Source: a virus (lineage: Duplodnaviria > Caudoviricetes). From it: 47,989 nt of DNA. Made by a program: the position numbers and the translations under genes. The stretch lies in IMG/VR virus record IMGVR_UViG_3300030372_003502, positions 1 to 47,989 of that record. One strand, written 5' to 3'. Shown here in pieces: positions 35,887 through 46,056 of the stretch (positions are counted from its first letter, which is position 1; every line of letters starts with the position of its first letter). Under the pieces are notes generated by a model. The model was not told where the DNA came from. It saw only the letters and a list, made by a program, of their open reading frames with translations, and made no database searches.

Positions 35887-36117
35887 GTGGCAAAACAAAA
35901 AAGAACAAAAAGAGAACTAGAAAGTCAAGTAAATGAACTAGCCCAAGGGCTTGGTTCTATGTATATAGAAAATCAAAAACTAGGTCAGTTTATGATTGGC
36001 TTAGAGAATCTAGTAATGTATTTAGCAGAACATCTTGACAAAAAAGAAAGCTTTGAAGAGTTTCTAAAAGTTAAGGTAGAAGAGCATAAAGAGAAAGAAG
36101 TTAAGGTTAAGAAGTAA
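35887..36117 (+). CDS. Hypothetical coiled-coil protein, last gene of early arm
   Basis: Likely GTG start at 35887 after GGGAGG. Confidence 0.7.
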   Translation: MAKQKRTKRELESQVNELAQGLGSMYIENQKLGQFMIGLENLVMYLAEHLDKKESFEEFLKVKVEEHKEKEVKVKK

Positions 36118-36154
36118 GTTTAAAAAAGTTTGTATTGGTAAATAGTGGCGATTT

Positions 36155-39100
36155 TTAAGGTTTGTAGACACCTTCGTCTCTAACTTGTTTAGCCATTCTT
36201 TGCACTCCATACATTGGCATACCTGTAAATTTATCTATCAACATCATTGGGTTTTCAAATAAGTTGTTAGACGCATAAGGCGAAAAGTCTTTTAATATCC
36301 TACCAAATGGAAACATAGTATATATATGGTAATTAGAGAATCTAGTCCAATCATCTGCAATAAAGGCATCTAGACCTGCTATTGGCAACCTTGCTATAGG
36401 AGGTGTTATTAACTGCAATGGAGCTACTTTAGCAGGCCATGTACCCATAAATGTTCTTTCTCTTTCTTTTTCATCACCAAATATCCAGTCAGCAGTATCT
36501 TGTATATAGTTCCAAGGAGCTGGTAATGCTGTGTCAAACAGAGAGTACATAAATACATTTGCCATTGCAAAGACAAACATATCTAATTGTAATGTGCGTT
36601 TAAACTTTTGGAACTCAGGACTACCTTCTCTTAATCCAAATATCTTAGCTTCTCTAGCAATATCATTTCTAAACCTTACAGCATTCCATTGCCATAATTG
36701 GAAACGAGTCATTATCTTACCAAGAGCTGTTCTAGCAAAACCTGGTCTAAATGGTGCAGAATACAAGAACTGTGTAGCCTGTACACCTTTTTTAGCCTGT
36801 TCTATTAAGAAAGGATGGTCAATATTGTCAATAGCACCGTCAAATCTTTTCCAAGCTTGTACATAGTGTGCCATAAACGCTTGTCTTCTTAGCATCATCT
36901 CTGGTTTAGACATAAACGAAGAAGCAATCTGCATCATAGATTTGTTTAACTTGTGCTTATCCATGAGCTCATTAAAAGTCTTTCTAGATATCTTGCCATC
37001 TTGCATATTCTTGACAACATCTTTCATAAAGTCTTGCTTACCACGCTTTTGTACCTCAGGATTTAATCCCCACTCATTTACCATAAAGTCTGGTATAACA
37101 CCATGCTTAATGATAAATCTGTTTATATCATCTTTAGATTTCCACTCTGGATTTATTCTTCTTAAAAACTTTAGGTCTGTACCCTGTTTCCAGTTTTTTA
37201 TACCTGCACTTTGTAATGTATGTATACTACCACCAAATACGTTACCAACAGCAGACTTAGGATGTGCTAATAAAGAAGCCAACTCAAATTTAGCCTCAAG
37301 ATTAGATATCTTTCTAAGAGTGCTGTACGGTATTTCATTCATTAATTTATCTAAATTAGGATATTTAGACTTTTCGGGTACGATAGCATCTTTAATTTTT
37401 TGCATACGCTTTTTAATTCTATTATCAGCCCACCAACCATAAGGAGTAGCTGATATTTTCATACCTGGGTCATTATATATGTAGTCTGGTATTATTGAGT
37501 TACCACCCATAGCATCTTGTGCGTATAGTTTTAAATAGTTTTCCCACTTTTGCAATAGAGAAAAGTTACTACCATCTCCAAAATCTGTTTTATCCCAGCC
37601 TTTTGCTTTAGCTCTATCTGAGAACTGTTTAATCATTGCTCTAGTAAATATTTGATTTAGCTGTCCAAAGTATGTTTGTGCTAAATTGTTTTGATAAACT
37701 TCGTAAGCACTATGGTCAATAGACCAGCCAGGTAGATGTGTATCCCTTGACATCATATTCTTAGAAGACATATCAAGGTCGGTCCATTTAATTTTTTCAC
37801 CTGTTCTTCTGCCCATTATCTGTTGAGCAGCTAAGTCATATTTTTCCCAGAACTCACCATTGGTATCAACCCAATCACCTGTAAGAGTGTTAAGCCTGTG
37901 CATTAATTTCTTTCTTTCAAGATGTTTATCAGCTTCCGATAAGTCACTTTTTTCTATAAACTCTAATTGTCTTTCTAATGATTTTCTAGCTTCTGTTTTA
38001 GAGTGGAACAAATGTGGGAAATATGTACCAAAGTCATACTGACCTGTTTTGGTTAGCTGTGTACGCTCTAGATATGATAATGTTTTTTCAGCAGCGTTCT
38101 TTCTAGCATTATAAGTTTTAACAAATTCATTATCATCTTCAGTTCTATCTTTAAACTTTTTCTTTTGTATAGACTTTAATCTAGCGTCTAATGTTTCTAT
38201 CATTTCAAGCGTTAAATCTATGTTCATAGACCGTGCTATTTGTCTTAATCCATCAATACCAAAATTAGTAGGTATGTCACCATCTTTCTTATAAGCATTA
38301 GCCATATCTTTAACAAATAGTTTCCAGTTAACTACAGGCTCTTTACCTGTTTCGCCTGGCTCTACATCATAATATTCTATGTCACCATTTTTATTCTTTT
38401 TATAATACTTAGAGAGAGCCTCTGGCTCGCCAGCAATAACTTCTTTAAATACCTTCTCATTCATTCTTTTATAAACTTCAGATATTCTTTCAACTATTTC
38501 TGAGCCAGTGACTTTCTCACGATTCCCTTTTGGATTGGTAATCGAATATGTTTTCTTTAAAGCATCTTGAACCTCTGAATCTTTCCACATTTCTTGATAT
38601 CTGGTTTCATACTCTCCAGCTATTACTTTTCTTTGTTCAGCAGTTCTAGAGCTTTGTTTTTCTTTTGTTATATTATGTTTAAGCTGTCTTTCCATTTTTC
38701 TAACAGCAAAACGTCTAAGTGTTTCTCCGTTCTCTACATTGTCTACATAGAATGATAAATTAGTAGCCATTTCCATTTTTAACTTATCGCCTAAATCAAT
38801 AGATTTTTCACCCATACGACTAATCCAGTCTTGTATACCTTCTAGCCACCAAGATGGTTTCTGTATTGTACCAAATACTTCTCTACCTTTTACTTTAAAC
38901 CAGCCTTTTTTCTTTAGCCATAACACGTCGTATTTCATCATTTCTTTATTGACTGCTCTAGGGAAAAGCATATGATAACGAGCTCTCATATCAGGAGTAT
39001 CTTCACCAAACATTCTTTGCCATATAGAGCCTCTGCGTATATCTTTTAGGAAGTTATTTAACGCAATGTAGTCACTCTTATCCATTTCATTTAACGGCTT

Positions 39101-42100
39101 ACCTAATACACCAGCTGTAATCTCATTTAGATTTATACTTTCCTTTTTATGGAAATACTTAAGATTCTCAGCTAATTCTTGTATTATCTTAACTTGGTCT
39201 TTAGGTAGTTTTTGTTTATATATATTGTCATAGCTCATCATGTCTTCAACATAAGTGTCTTTGACTTTCTCAGTAACATCTTTCTCTATAAAAGGTACTT
39301 TAATATCTTCAAACTTTACTGTTTGTTCTGGTAGTTCTTTAGCTATTTCTTGTACTTTTTTAACTTCTGTTTCTTTTAGCTTAAATGTTTTACCTACTAA
39401 TTCAGAATACTTTCTTAAAAATGTTCTTATAGATGACGATGGTATAGCTTCTGATGCAAAACCTATTTTAATCATTTGTGTTTTTGCACCACTAGTTTGA
39501 TACCATTTAGTAACAGCTCCAGTAAATCCTCGCAAATCCCCTTTGTTAGCTGCTTCTTCTGCTATTTTTTGGATTGTTTTGCCTGCTCTATTGTAGCTAC
39601 CTAACATAAGGTAATCAAATAGTTTCTTTTCTTGAGCAGTATTAAGTGTTTTCTTGTACTCTCTTATAGCATTATCTATTTCTGCTTGGTCCATTTTAGC
39701 AGATGTTTCGGGTTCAGCTTTCTTTACACCTGCTTCTTCCTGAGCTTTTTCTATTGCATCAAATGTATTTTTTAATCTCTCAGTTGCATAATTATGCTCT
39801 TCATAAAAAGTATTAACATCCTGTTTTTCTCTTTGTGATAAATAGCTATTATCTTTAATCTCTTGTACTTTTTTATGTATGTCTTTTATAACATCATCAG
39901 TAAGTATTCCTCTGTGCGATTTAATATAGCTTGATAACAAGTCTAAAGATACCATATCGTGTATATCATTAGTAAGCATATAGTCTTCAGCTTTAGCTGT
40001 AATTTCATCAACTATATCTCTTTTTTCTTTATTAGTTAGTTTGCCATCTTTTACATCACTTCTAAAAGCTACTCTAGCTAATTCAGACCTTTTCTTTTTT
40101 AAATCTCTTTTTCTAATAAACTTAGTAGCAAACTCTCTTTCATACTTAGTTGGCGTAAAAGGCAAGTCTTTTATAAACTTATAAAATAAATCAGGCTCTG
40201 TGTTAAAGTTGTCAGTAATAAGCGTTTCTCTACCTGTAATAGTCCAGGGCTCATATTTAGCAGCTAATATTTTTTGTATAAATTGATTTTCTGGAATAGT
40301 AAATGTACCTCTACCCATAACTGTTTCAATCCATTTTGGAGTATCGTCTTGCATTTCCATTTTAAACCGTTTTGCAAGAGTATTCATCTTTCTATATAGG
40401 TCCTTTACTTTATCTATATCTAATTTATTTAGTATATTAGCACTCCAGCGACCTGTTTCAGTTAATAGCTTGCCTTGCTTGGCTAGCATATTAGTTAATT
40501 GACCTTCATATTGCTCTAAAAAGTCTAATTTACCCCTTACTTCCTCTTCTTTCCATGCTCTGCCTGCTGAATAGTTCTTGCTAAATAAACCACTATTTAG
40601 GTCCATAAAATTCTTAACAAGTCCATCTCTTAATATACTAGCTGCATTTTCTATAGGAACTCCAGGGTCTTTACTAGCAAATGCTTCGTAAAACTTATCA
40701 TTAGAATCAATATCTCTAGTTTTTCTAGACTCTCTAACTTCACCTGTTTTTTTGTTAACAGACTCTTCTATTACAGTTATATTTTTAATTTTAAAATAAG
40801 AGTCATGAAGTTCTTTAAAAAGCCTGTTATAGCTTCTTATACCACCTACATCCATAGGGTCAGAAGTAAACGCTATCATAGATGATGTTAGCCTTCTAGA
40901 ATAATCAAGCCAGTTTTTATCTGTCCTTGCTTCTATTTCAACTTCAAAATTTCTTGCATCCTTACCAAAGCCCCTAGAAAACTTTATTGTCTCTGTTTTA
41001 GTAGGAGTGTTTGACAAAATATCATGAGCAGCTCTCATAGTTTGACTCATTGTTGATACACTACCTAGTAGATTACGACTGTCTACAACATTTTCAGACA
41101 ACTGTCTTCTAACATCAGGTGCGTACATCCATATCTTATCTTTAGCTAATTTCTTAGAATAGTCAGATGCACCTAGAGTAAGTAAGTCTTCCATAGTATC
41201 GCCACGATATTTACCATCAGGCCTATTAACTAAACCACGTTTATTATCTGGTATAAATGCAGCATATCTTTTCTTTTGAGAGTCCGATAGTTTAGCATAC
41301 TCTTCTCTAGTTTTGTATTCATACTTTCCGTTAAACTTTTTCTTTCTACTAACATATTGCACATACTCATTCTTATTAGCTTCATATGCATCTTTCCAAG
41401 ACTTCTTCATACCAAAGCCTTCGTTCATTTCGTTTTTACCACCAAAATATACAAATGCTTCATCACCATCAAGGTCAGCACCACCTAACGCTCTCATGCT
41501 TCTAGGATGCATAAGTACACCATGGCCTTGTCTTCCTGTAAAGCCCATAAATTTAAGTGCGTGTGCACCAGATATAGAGTCCATAGGAACCCTAATAACC
41601 ATAGCTCTCATTACTTCTTCAGCTTCTTCTCTAAACTTATTGTATTTACCATCTTGTAAAGCTTTCCAAAAACCACCTAATGTCTTTTCTTTTACCTTTA
41701 AATGTGTTTTTATAGGCATACGTTTATAATCGTCATCTAAAAAGAATATATCATCTCTTTTATTTAGCTCCTTTAACATCTTATTTTTGCCGTCAAAGTC
41801 TTGCTGTAATGCTAAATCATAAGGCCTCATTCTAGCTGCTAAAGAGTTTTCTACTTTAGGTTTTGTAATTTGCGACATAATATAGTTTTTCATAACCTGT
41901 ATTCTATAAGGTCTAATCCATTTATGTGCAAAAATAGGAGATGCAGCTATGCCTTTACCTTTTGATGCGGCTACACCTTCTTTAATTACTCTATCTGTTA
42001 CTGTATGAAAGTCTTCAAGCTCTCTAACATAATCGTTTAACTCATTAGACCTAACACCATCTTCAGTAGAAGTGCTATAAGCTATCTCTTTGTTTATACC

Positions 42101-45100
42101 TAATAGCTTTTGGTAAACTGCATCAGTAAAAGCAACTGTTTCGTTTGCATTAACAACTCTAATTAAATCATTAACACCTATCTTATCTATATTCTCTAAT
42201 AGCTCTAATTCTTTTTTATCAGTAGGATTCTTTTCATATTCTTCTAACTTAGTATTCCAGAATTTCTCACCTACATACTTCTTATATATAGTTTCGTTAA
42301 ATATATCTTCTATAACATCTGTGGGAATAGGAGCTACTGGGACTTTAGAGTTTAGCTGTCCAAACCACTGCTTAGGAATACGGGCGTTATGCATATACAT
42401 ATCTTTACCCTGTTTAACAGAGTAGTTATATTTTATATGTCTAGGGTCTAAAGTATATATGCTATCATTGTCTAAGGTAATATTTTTACCTTTTATAGAA
42501 TAGTTATTCATTTGTCTTAAGCCCATTTGTTTAGCAGAAGATTCGTGAATAATATAATGTACGCCTTTCTTTTTCATTGCTTCAGTTAAAGCATCACCTG
42601 CTTTATGAAACATAAACTTACCATACATAGAGCCTAATTCTTTACCGTCTTTAGCTACTTCAGGACTAACAATAAACGCTTTATTTTGTCCAGACTCTGG
42701 ATGACCAGCATCTTTATTGTTGTAATTAATAACATCGTTTCTCCCTATTATAGCACCATCTACATGCTCTTTGTATAACTGTGCATCAAATTCTAGTAAT
42801 TTTTCTGAATGTAGGTCTTTAGGTAAATCCTTTAAATCTGGTATAACAATGTATCTAAACTTATTACCAGCCTTTATAAAGTCTTTATCAGGAGTTTCTC
42901 CTTTCTTACCAAACACTTGTTCAGCATACTCTCTGCTACCTGCCCATGACGGAGTAAATAATATTTGCAATCTCTTATTATATGCAAGTGCATTATTTAA
43001 AAAGCCATCTTTATTTTCCCATATTTCTCTTAGATTTTTTCTATTTATAGTTAAACCATTCATACCCAGGTCATACAATATATTAGATACAACAGCATCC
43101 TTATGAAGTTTTACTGCTTCTGACTTTTTCATATCCTTAGAAGCTCTTTTTACAAATGCATTTCTTGCTTCTGTATAAGTAGGTTTGTTAAATACTTTAC
43201 TATTTAAATAAGAATTTATATCAGCAGGTAATTTCTTAGTCTTAGGGTGGAATTTAACAAAGAATAGCTTATCAGCATCACCTCTGCCTCCAAACATATA
43301 CATATCTTTATTAGCCATTTCTTTTTGTATTCTAGAAACAACTTCTTCATATACAATCTTTGAATCAGAGTCTTTTCTAAGGTCTGATAATTTCTTGTCT
43401 TTACCCTTAATAGTTATATGGTCTAGCGTTATAAGGGCCTCTACGGACGTTTTACCGACCTTTCCTCCATTATCTATATATACCTGCTCTATAAGCTTTA
43501 ACGGCTCTACAGCTAGCTTTCTGGACCCTCCAGCACTATATGGTAGTTTTGGGTCAAATTCTTCTACTTTTATATTAGATGGCTTAACAACACTACCTTC
43601 AGCATCTTTTACCTCTGGGCTGTATACTACTCTTGTAAACTTTTGTTTGTGCCCTTTATTTAAAGCAGTCATCCATTGCCTAATACCACCTTCGCTTTCT
43701 GTCTCTAGCTTTATTTCAAACTTAGCAGAAATATCTTCCATTATTTTTTTAGTGTCAGGAGATTTACCACGCTTTACATTTTTAGCAAATAGATTGCTAA
43801 GTTCTTTTGCAGCTACTGTTTTAAGGTCTGTTCTTGACTGGGCTGGTAAATTTGCAACATCCCATAATGGTTTTAAATTATTCTCTACAAAATGCAATGC
43901 TCTAGGACCAACTATATCGTAAGAGCCTTCTGCGTTAACCGTCCCTACATCATCATCGTTTGCTTTTTCTACAAAAGGCTCTAGCTCCACACCAATTCTT
44001 TTTATAGATTTATCTAGTGCTTCTTTTTCTAGTAAATCAGTATCTATATTTTTTCTAAGCTCTTCTATCTTATCTTTTGCAAAGCTAATTCTAATAGGGT
44101 CTTGGTTATCCTCAGTCTTTTTTAATTCTGATTGTAAGCTTGTTTCTAGCTTATTTAACTCTTGTGTATTAGTAGATATAGATACGTCTAAATCTTTCAT
44201 TTTTTTAGTAAATCTATCAACAGCAGGAGTAACCTTTACACCTTCTTGTGTCACTTCTGGTTCTGGTAAAACCATTTTACTTTCTTTAAAAGCCGTATCT
44301 AATCCTTCAGTATCGACTTTTTTCATAAACTTGTAGCCATCTTCAGTAACTACGCCATCTTTTATAAGCACACCTTCAGTATTTAGTCCTCGTGCTTCTA
44401 ATTCTTTAATTAAAAAGTCTGCTCTACCTGCTCTTAATGCTACAGATGCAAAACCACCTATTTGTTTTTCTACTTCTGCTTGCTCAAGTTCGTGTAAGTT
44501 TTTCCACTTCTTGCCCATCATAGTAGGGTCTTTCTTATAATCTAGCTCAGCATTATTTGGAAACTCTTTTTCCATTTCACGCAAGAACTTACCAGCTCCT
44601 TGCTTATACCAAGCTTTTTCTCCAGCTCCAAAGTAAGCACCTAATAAATACTCATATACCTGTTCTGCAGAAGTTGCACCTCTTAATGTAGCTGGTAACC
44701 CTTGGAATACTGAGCCAGCCATACCACGAATAATAGTGTCTGATGCTTTATCGCCTGTATTAACTACATTACCTAATGTTCTAAATACACCGCCAAATAC
44801 AGCACCATGGAATGTACTTTCCATAATAGCATCTACACCACCTTGCCAAGCAGATAAACCACTAGCTAAACCTAGATTAAATGCACCTTCTGATACATGG
44901 GTTAAAGCTCTACCTGTTTTATTTTCTAATAAAAACTTAGCAGCTGTAGCTGTAGCACCCTGTCTACCTTTAGCAGCAGTTTGTAATACAGGGTTTATTG
45001 TTTTGCCTAATTTCTCTGTAGCCTTACCAGATATATAAAGAGGGACAGATTTAACCTTACTTAGTCCTCTTGCTAAATTAACTGCTCCTAAAGCTTTTAA

Positions 45101-45481
45101 TGGAGCCGATAGTATTCCAGGAGCAAAACCAACTAAATGTCCTAAACTTCTAGCTATATTTTCATATTCATTGTCAGGATGGTCGCCTGTTTCTAGAGTA
45201 GTAAATCCACTAGCAAAACCTTTACCAAATTGCATAACAGCTTCGCCAAAATTAAAGTCTCCAGGATAAAATGGGACTTGGTGGTAAGCTGCATGATTTT
45301 GTATAGATTCTAATAGTTGTGGATTAAATCCTGTAGGATTGGATTTATATTGTTTAGTTAACCGTATAGTAGCTTTTTTATCTAAAGTAGGTTGAAACTG
45401 AGGTTGCTTAGCTTCCTCGTTAACATGCTGTTCAGCTTGATTAATTTGCTGTTGTACTAATCCAAAAGGGTTTACTGCCAT
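36155..45481 (-). CDS. Giant single-subunit two-barrel (DPBB) RNA polymerase, probably virion-encapsidated
   Basis: 3108 aa; VIRVP...MRALGGADLDGD (RxP + DxDGD), upstream HVDGAIIGR, YGKFMF, HESSAK; last gene of the ejection-protein block; N-terminal Gly/Ala hydrophobic region. Confidence 0.8.
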   Translation of the reverse strand: MAVNPFGLVQQQINQAEQHVNEEAKQPQFQPTLDKKATIRLTKQYKSNPTGFNPQLLESIQNHAAYHQVPFYPGDFNFGEAVMQFGKGFASGFTTLETGDHPDNEYENIARSLGHLVGFAPGILSAPLKALGAVNLARGLSKVKSVPLYISGKATEKLGKTINPVLQTAAKGRQGATATAAKFLLENKTGRALTHVSEGAFNLGLASGLSAWQGGVDAIMESTFHGAVFGGVFRTLGNVVNTGDKASDTIIRGMAGSVFQGLPATLRGATSAEQVYEYLLGAYFGAGEKAWYKQGAGKFLREMEKEFPNNAELDYKKDPTMMGKKWKNLHELEQAEVEKQIGGFASVALRAGRADFLIKELEARGLNTEGVLIKDGVVTEDGYKFMKKVDTEGLDTAFKESKMVLPEPEVTQEGVKVTPAVDRFTKKMKDLDVSISTNTQELNKLETSLQSELKKTEDNQDPIRISFAKDKIEELRKNIDTDLLEKEALDKSIKRIGVELEPFVEKANDDDVGTVNAEGSYDIVGPRALHFVENNLKPLWDVANLPAQSRTDLKTVAAKELSNLFAKNVKRGKSPDTKKIMEDISAKFEIKLETESEGGIRQWMTALNKGHKQKFTRVVYSPEVKDAEGSVVKPSNIKVEEFDPKLPYSAGGSRKLAVEPLKLIEQVYIDNGGKVGKTSVEALITLDHITIKGKDKKLSDLRKDSDSKIVYEEVVSRIQKEMANKDMYMFGGRGDADKLFFVKFHPKTKKLPADINSYLNSKVFNKPTYTEARNAFVKRASKDMKKSEAVKLHKDAVVSNILYDLGMNGLTINRKNLREIWENKDGFLNNALAYNKRLQILFTPSWAGSREYAEQVFGKKGETPDKDFIKAGNKFRYIVIPDLKDLPKDLHSEKLLEFDAQLYKEHVDGAIIGRNDVINYNNKDAGHPESGQNKAFIVSPEVAKDGKELGSMYGKFMFHKAGDALTEAMKKKGVHYIIHESSAKQMGLRQMNNYSIKGKNITLDNDSIYTLDPRHIKYNYSVKQGKDMYMHNARIPKQWFGQLNSKVPVAPIPTDVIEDIFNETIYKKYVGEKFWNTKLEEYEKNPTDKKELELLENIDKIGVNDLIRVVNANETVAFTDAVYQKLLGINKEIAYSTSTEDGVRSNELNDYVRELEDFHTVTDRVIKEGVAASKGKGIAASPIFAHKWIRPYRIQVMKNYIMSQITKPKVENSLAARMRPYDLALQQDFDGKNKMLKELNKRDDIFFLDDDYKRMPIKTHLKVKEKTLGGFWKALQDGKYNKFREEAEEVMRAMVIRVPMDSISGAHALKFMGFTGRQGHGVLMHPRSMRALGGADLDGDEAFVYFGGKNEMNEGFGMKKSWKDAYEANKNEYVQYVSRKKKFNGKYEYKTREEYAKLSDSQKKRYAAFIPDNKRGLVNRPDGKYRGDTMEDLLTLGASDYSKKLAKDKIWMYAPDVRRQLSENVVDSRNLLGSVSTMSQTMRAAHDILSNTPTKTETIKFSRGFGKDARNFEVEIEARTDKNWLDYSRRLTSSMIAFTSDPMDVGGIRSYNRLFKELHDSYFKIKNITVIEESVNKKTGEVRESRKTRDIDSNDKFYEAFASKDPGVPIENAASILRDGLVKNFMDLNSGLFSKNYSAGRAWKEEEVRGKLDFLEQYEGQLTNMLAKQGKLLTETGRWSANILNKLDIDKVKDLYRKMNTLAKRFKMEMQDDTPKWIETVMGRGTFTIPENQFIQKILAAKYEPWTITGRETLITDNFNTEPDLFYKFIKDLPFTPTKYEREFATKFIRKRDLKKKRSELARVAFRSDVKDGKLTNKEKRDIVDEITAKAEDYMLTNDIHDMVSLDLLSSYIKSHRGILTDDVIKDIHKKVQEIKDNSYLSQREKQDVNTFYEEHNYATERLKNTFDAIEKAQEEAGVKKAEPETSAKMDQAEIDNAIREYKKTLNTAQEKKLFDYLMLGSYNRAGKTIQKIAEEAANKGDLRGFTGAVTKWYQTSGAKTQMIKIGFASEAIPSSSIRTFLRKYSELVGKTFKLKETEVKKVQEIAKELPEQTVKFEDIKVPFIEKDVTEKVKDTYVEDMMSYDNIYKQKLPKDQVKIIQELAENLKYFHKKESINLNEITAGVLGKPLNEMDKSDYIALNNFLKDIRRGSIWQRMFGEDTPDMRARYHMLFPRAVNKEMMKYDVLWLKKKGWFKVKGREVFGTIQKPSWWLEGIQDWISRMGEKSIDLGDKLKMEMATNLSFYVDNVENGETLRRFAVRKMERQLKHNITKEKQSSRTAEQRKVIAGEYETRYQEMWKDSEVQDALKKTYSITNPKGNREKVTGSEIVERISEVYKRMNEKVFKEVIAGEPEALSKYYKKNKNGDIEYYDVEPGETGKEPVVNWKLFVKDMANAYKKDGDIPTNFGIDGLRQIARSMNIDLTLEMIETLDARLKSIQKKKFKDRTEDDNEFVKTYNARKNAAEKTLSYLERTQLTKTGQYDFGTYFPHLFHSKTEARKSLERQLEFIEKSDLSEADKHLERKKLMHRLNTLTGDWVDTNGEFWEKYDLAAQQIMGRRTGEKIKWTDLDMSSKNMMSRDTHLPGWSIDHSAYEVYQNNLAQTYFGQLNQIFTRAMIKQFSDRAKAKGWDKTDFGDGSNFSLLQKWENYLKLYAQDAMGGNSIIPDYIYNDPGMKISATPYGWWADNRIKKRMQKIKDAIVPEKSKYPNLDKLMNEIPYSTLRKISNLEAKFELASLLAHPKSAVGNVFGGSIHTLQSAGIKNWKQGTDLKFLRRINPEWKSKDDINRFIIKHGVIPDFMVNEWGLNPEVQKRGKQDFMKDVVKNMQDGKISRKTFNELMDKHKLNKSMMQIASSFMSKPEMMLRRQAFMAHYVQAWKRFDGAIDNIDHPFLIEQAKKGVQATQFLYSAPFRPGFARTALGKIMTRFQLWQWNAVRFRNDIAREAKIFGLREGSPEFQKFKRTLQLDMFVFAMANVFMYSLFDTALPAPWNYIQDTADWIFGDEKERERTFMGTWPAKVAPLQLITPPIARLPIAGLDAFIADDWTRFSNYHIYTMFPFGRILKDFSPYASNNLFENPMMLIDKFTGMPMYGVQRMAKQVRDEGVYKP

Positions 45482-45486
45482 TTAAA

Positions 45487-46056
45487 TTACCAGTTTCTTG
45501 CCCAATGTAAAGAGTCTGTTGTACTCAATGGATTTATTTCAAGCAAGGGGTTATTCATATTACGAGCTTCTTCTTGCGTTATAATGCCTAGCTCATCCAT
45601 GTATTTTTGGTCCTCTTCTTCACGTTGTTTTTGTAGTTCAGCTTGCTCAGCGTCTATTCCAGCTTGAATATCTCTGCTGGTAGGAGTCATTTGCCATATA
45701 TTTTGACCAGTTAAATCTTCTAATGCACTTGTACCAAACTCGTATGCACCTACTGTTCCCAATCCTCTTGAGAAAGGAGCAGCTTTATAATAATTAAATA
45801 ACTTAGACATAACATTAGCACCTTTCCCTGGGTTCATTAAAAACCCCATTAAACCAGCTAATTCTGCCTTATCTGCACCAGACTTAGACAAAGTGCCTCC
45901 TGTTGCCGCATCTAATGTGTTTAACCCTATTCCAGCAGTAGTTTTTGCTACATCTGAAGCTGCTTGACTAGTAACTCCTAATATATCTGTAATAGGATTT
46001 CTAGTTAAACTTAATCTAGGTCTTGTATCTGGCTTTGTTCCTCTCCAAGTACTCAC
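45487..46056 (-). CDS. Putative internal virion/ejection protein
   Basis: 189 aa, Gly/Ala/Thr-rich amphipathic segments; position next to the giant gene. Confidence 0.55.
   Translation of the reverse strand: MSTWRGTKPDTRPRLSLTRNPITDILGVTSQAASDVAKTTAGIGLNTLDAATGGTLSKSGADKAELAGLMGFLMNPGKGANVMSKLFNYYKAAPFSRGLGTVGAYEFGTSALEDLTGQNIWQMTPTSRDIQAGIDAEQAELQKQREEEDQKYMDELGIITQEEARNMNNPLLEINPLSTTDSLHWARNW

Noticed and set aside
36118-36154. Bidirectional terminator expected at the convergence of the two arms
   Set aside because: No convincing hairpin visible in the 37-nt gap
36531-45038. Plus-strand ORFs inside the giant RNAP-like gene (and similar antisense ORFs within 3864..21670)
   Set aside because: Antisense shadows of long coding frames, no RBS, atypical composition
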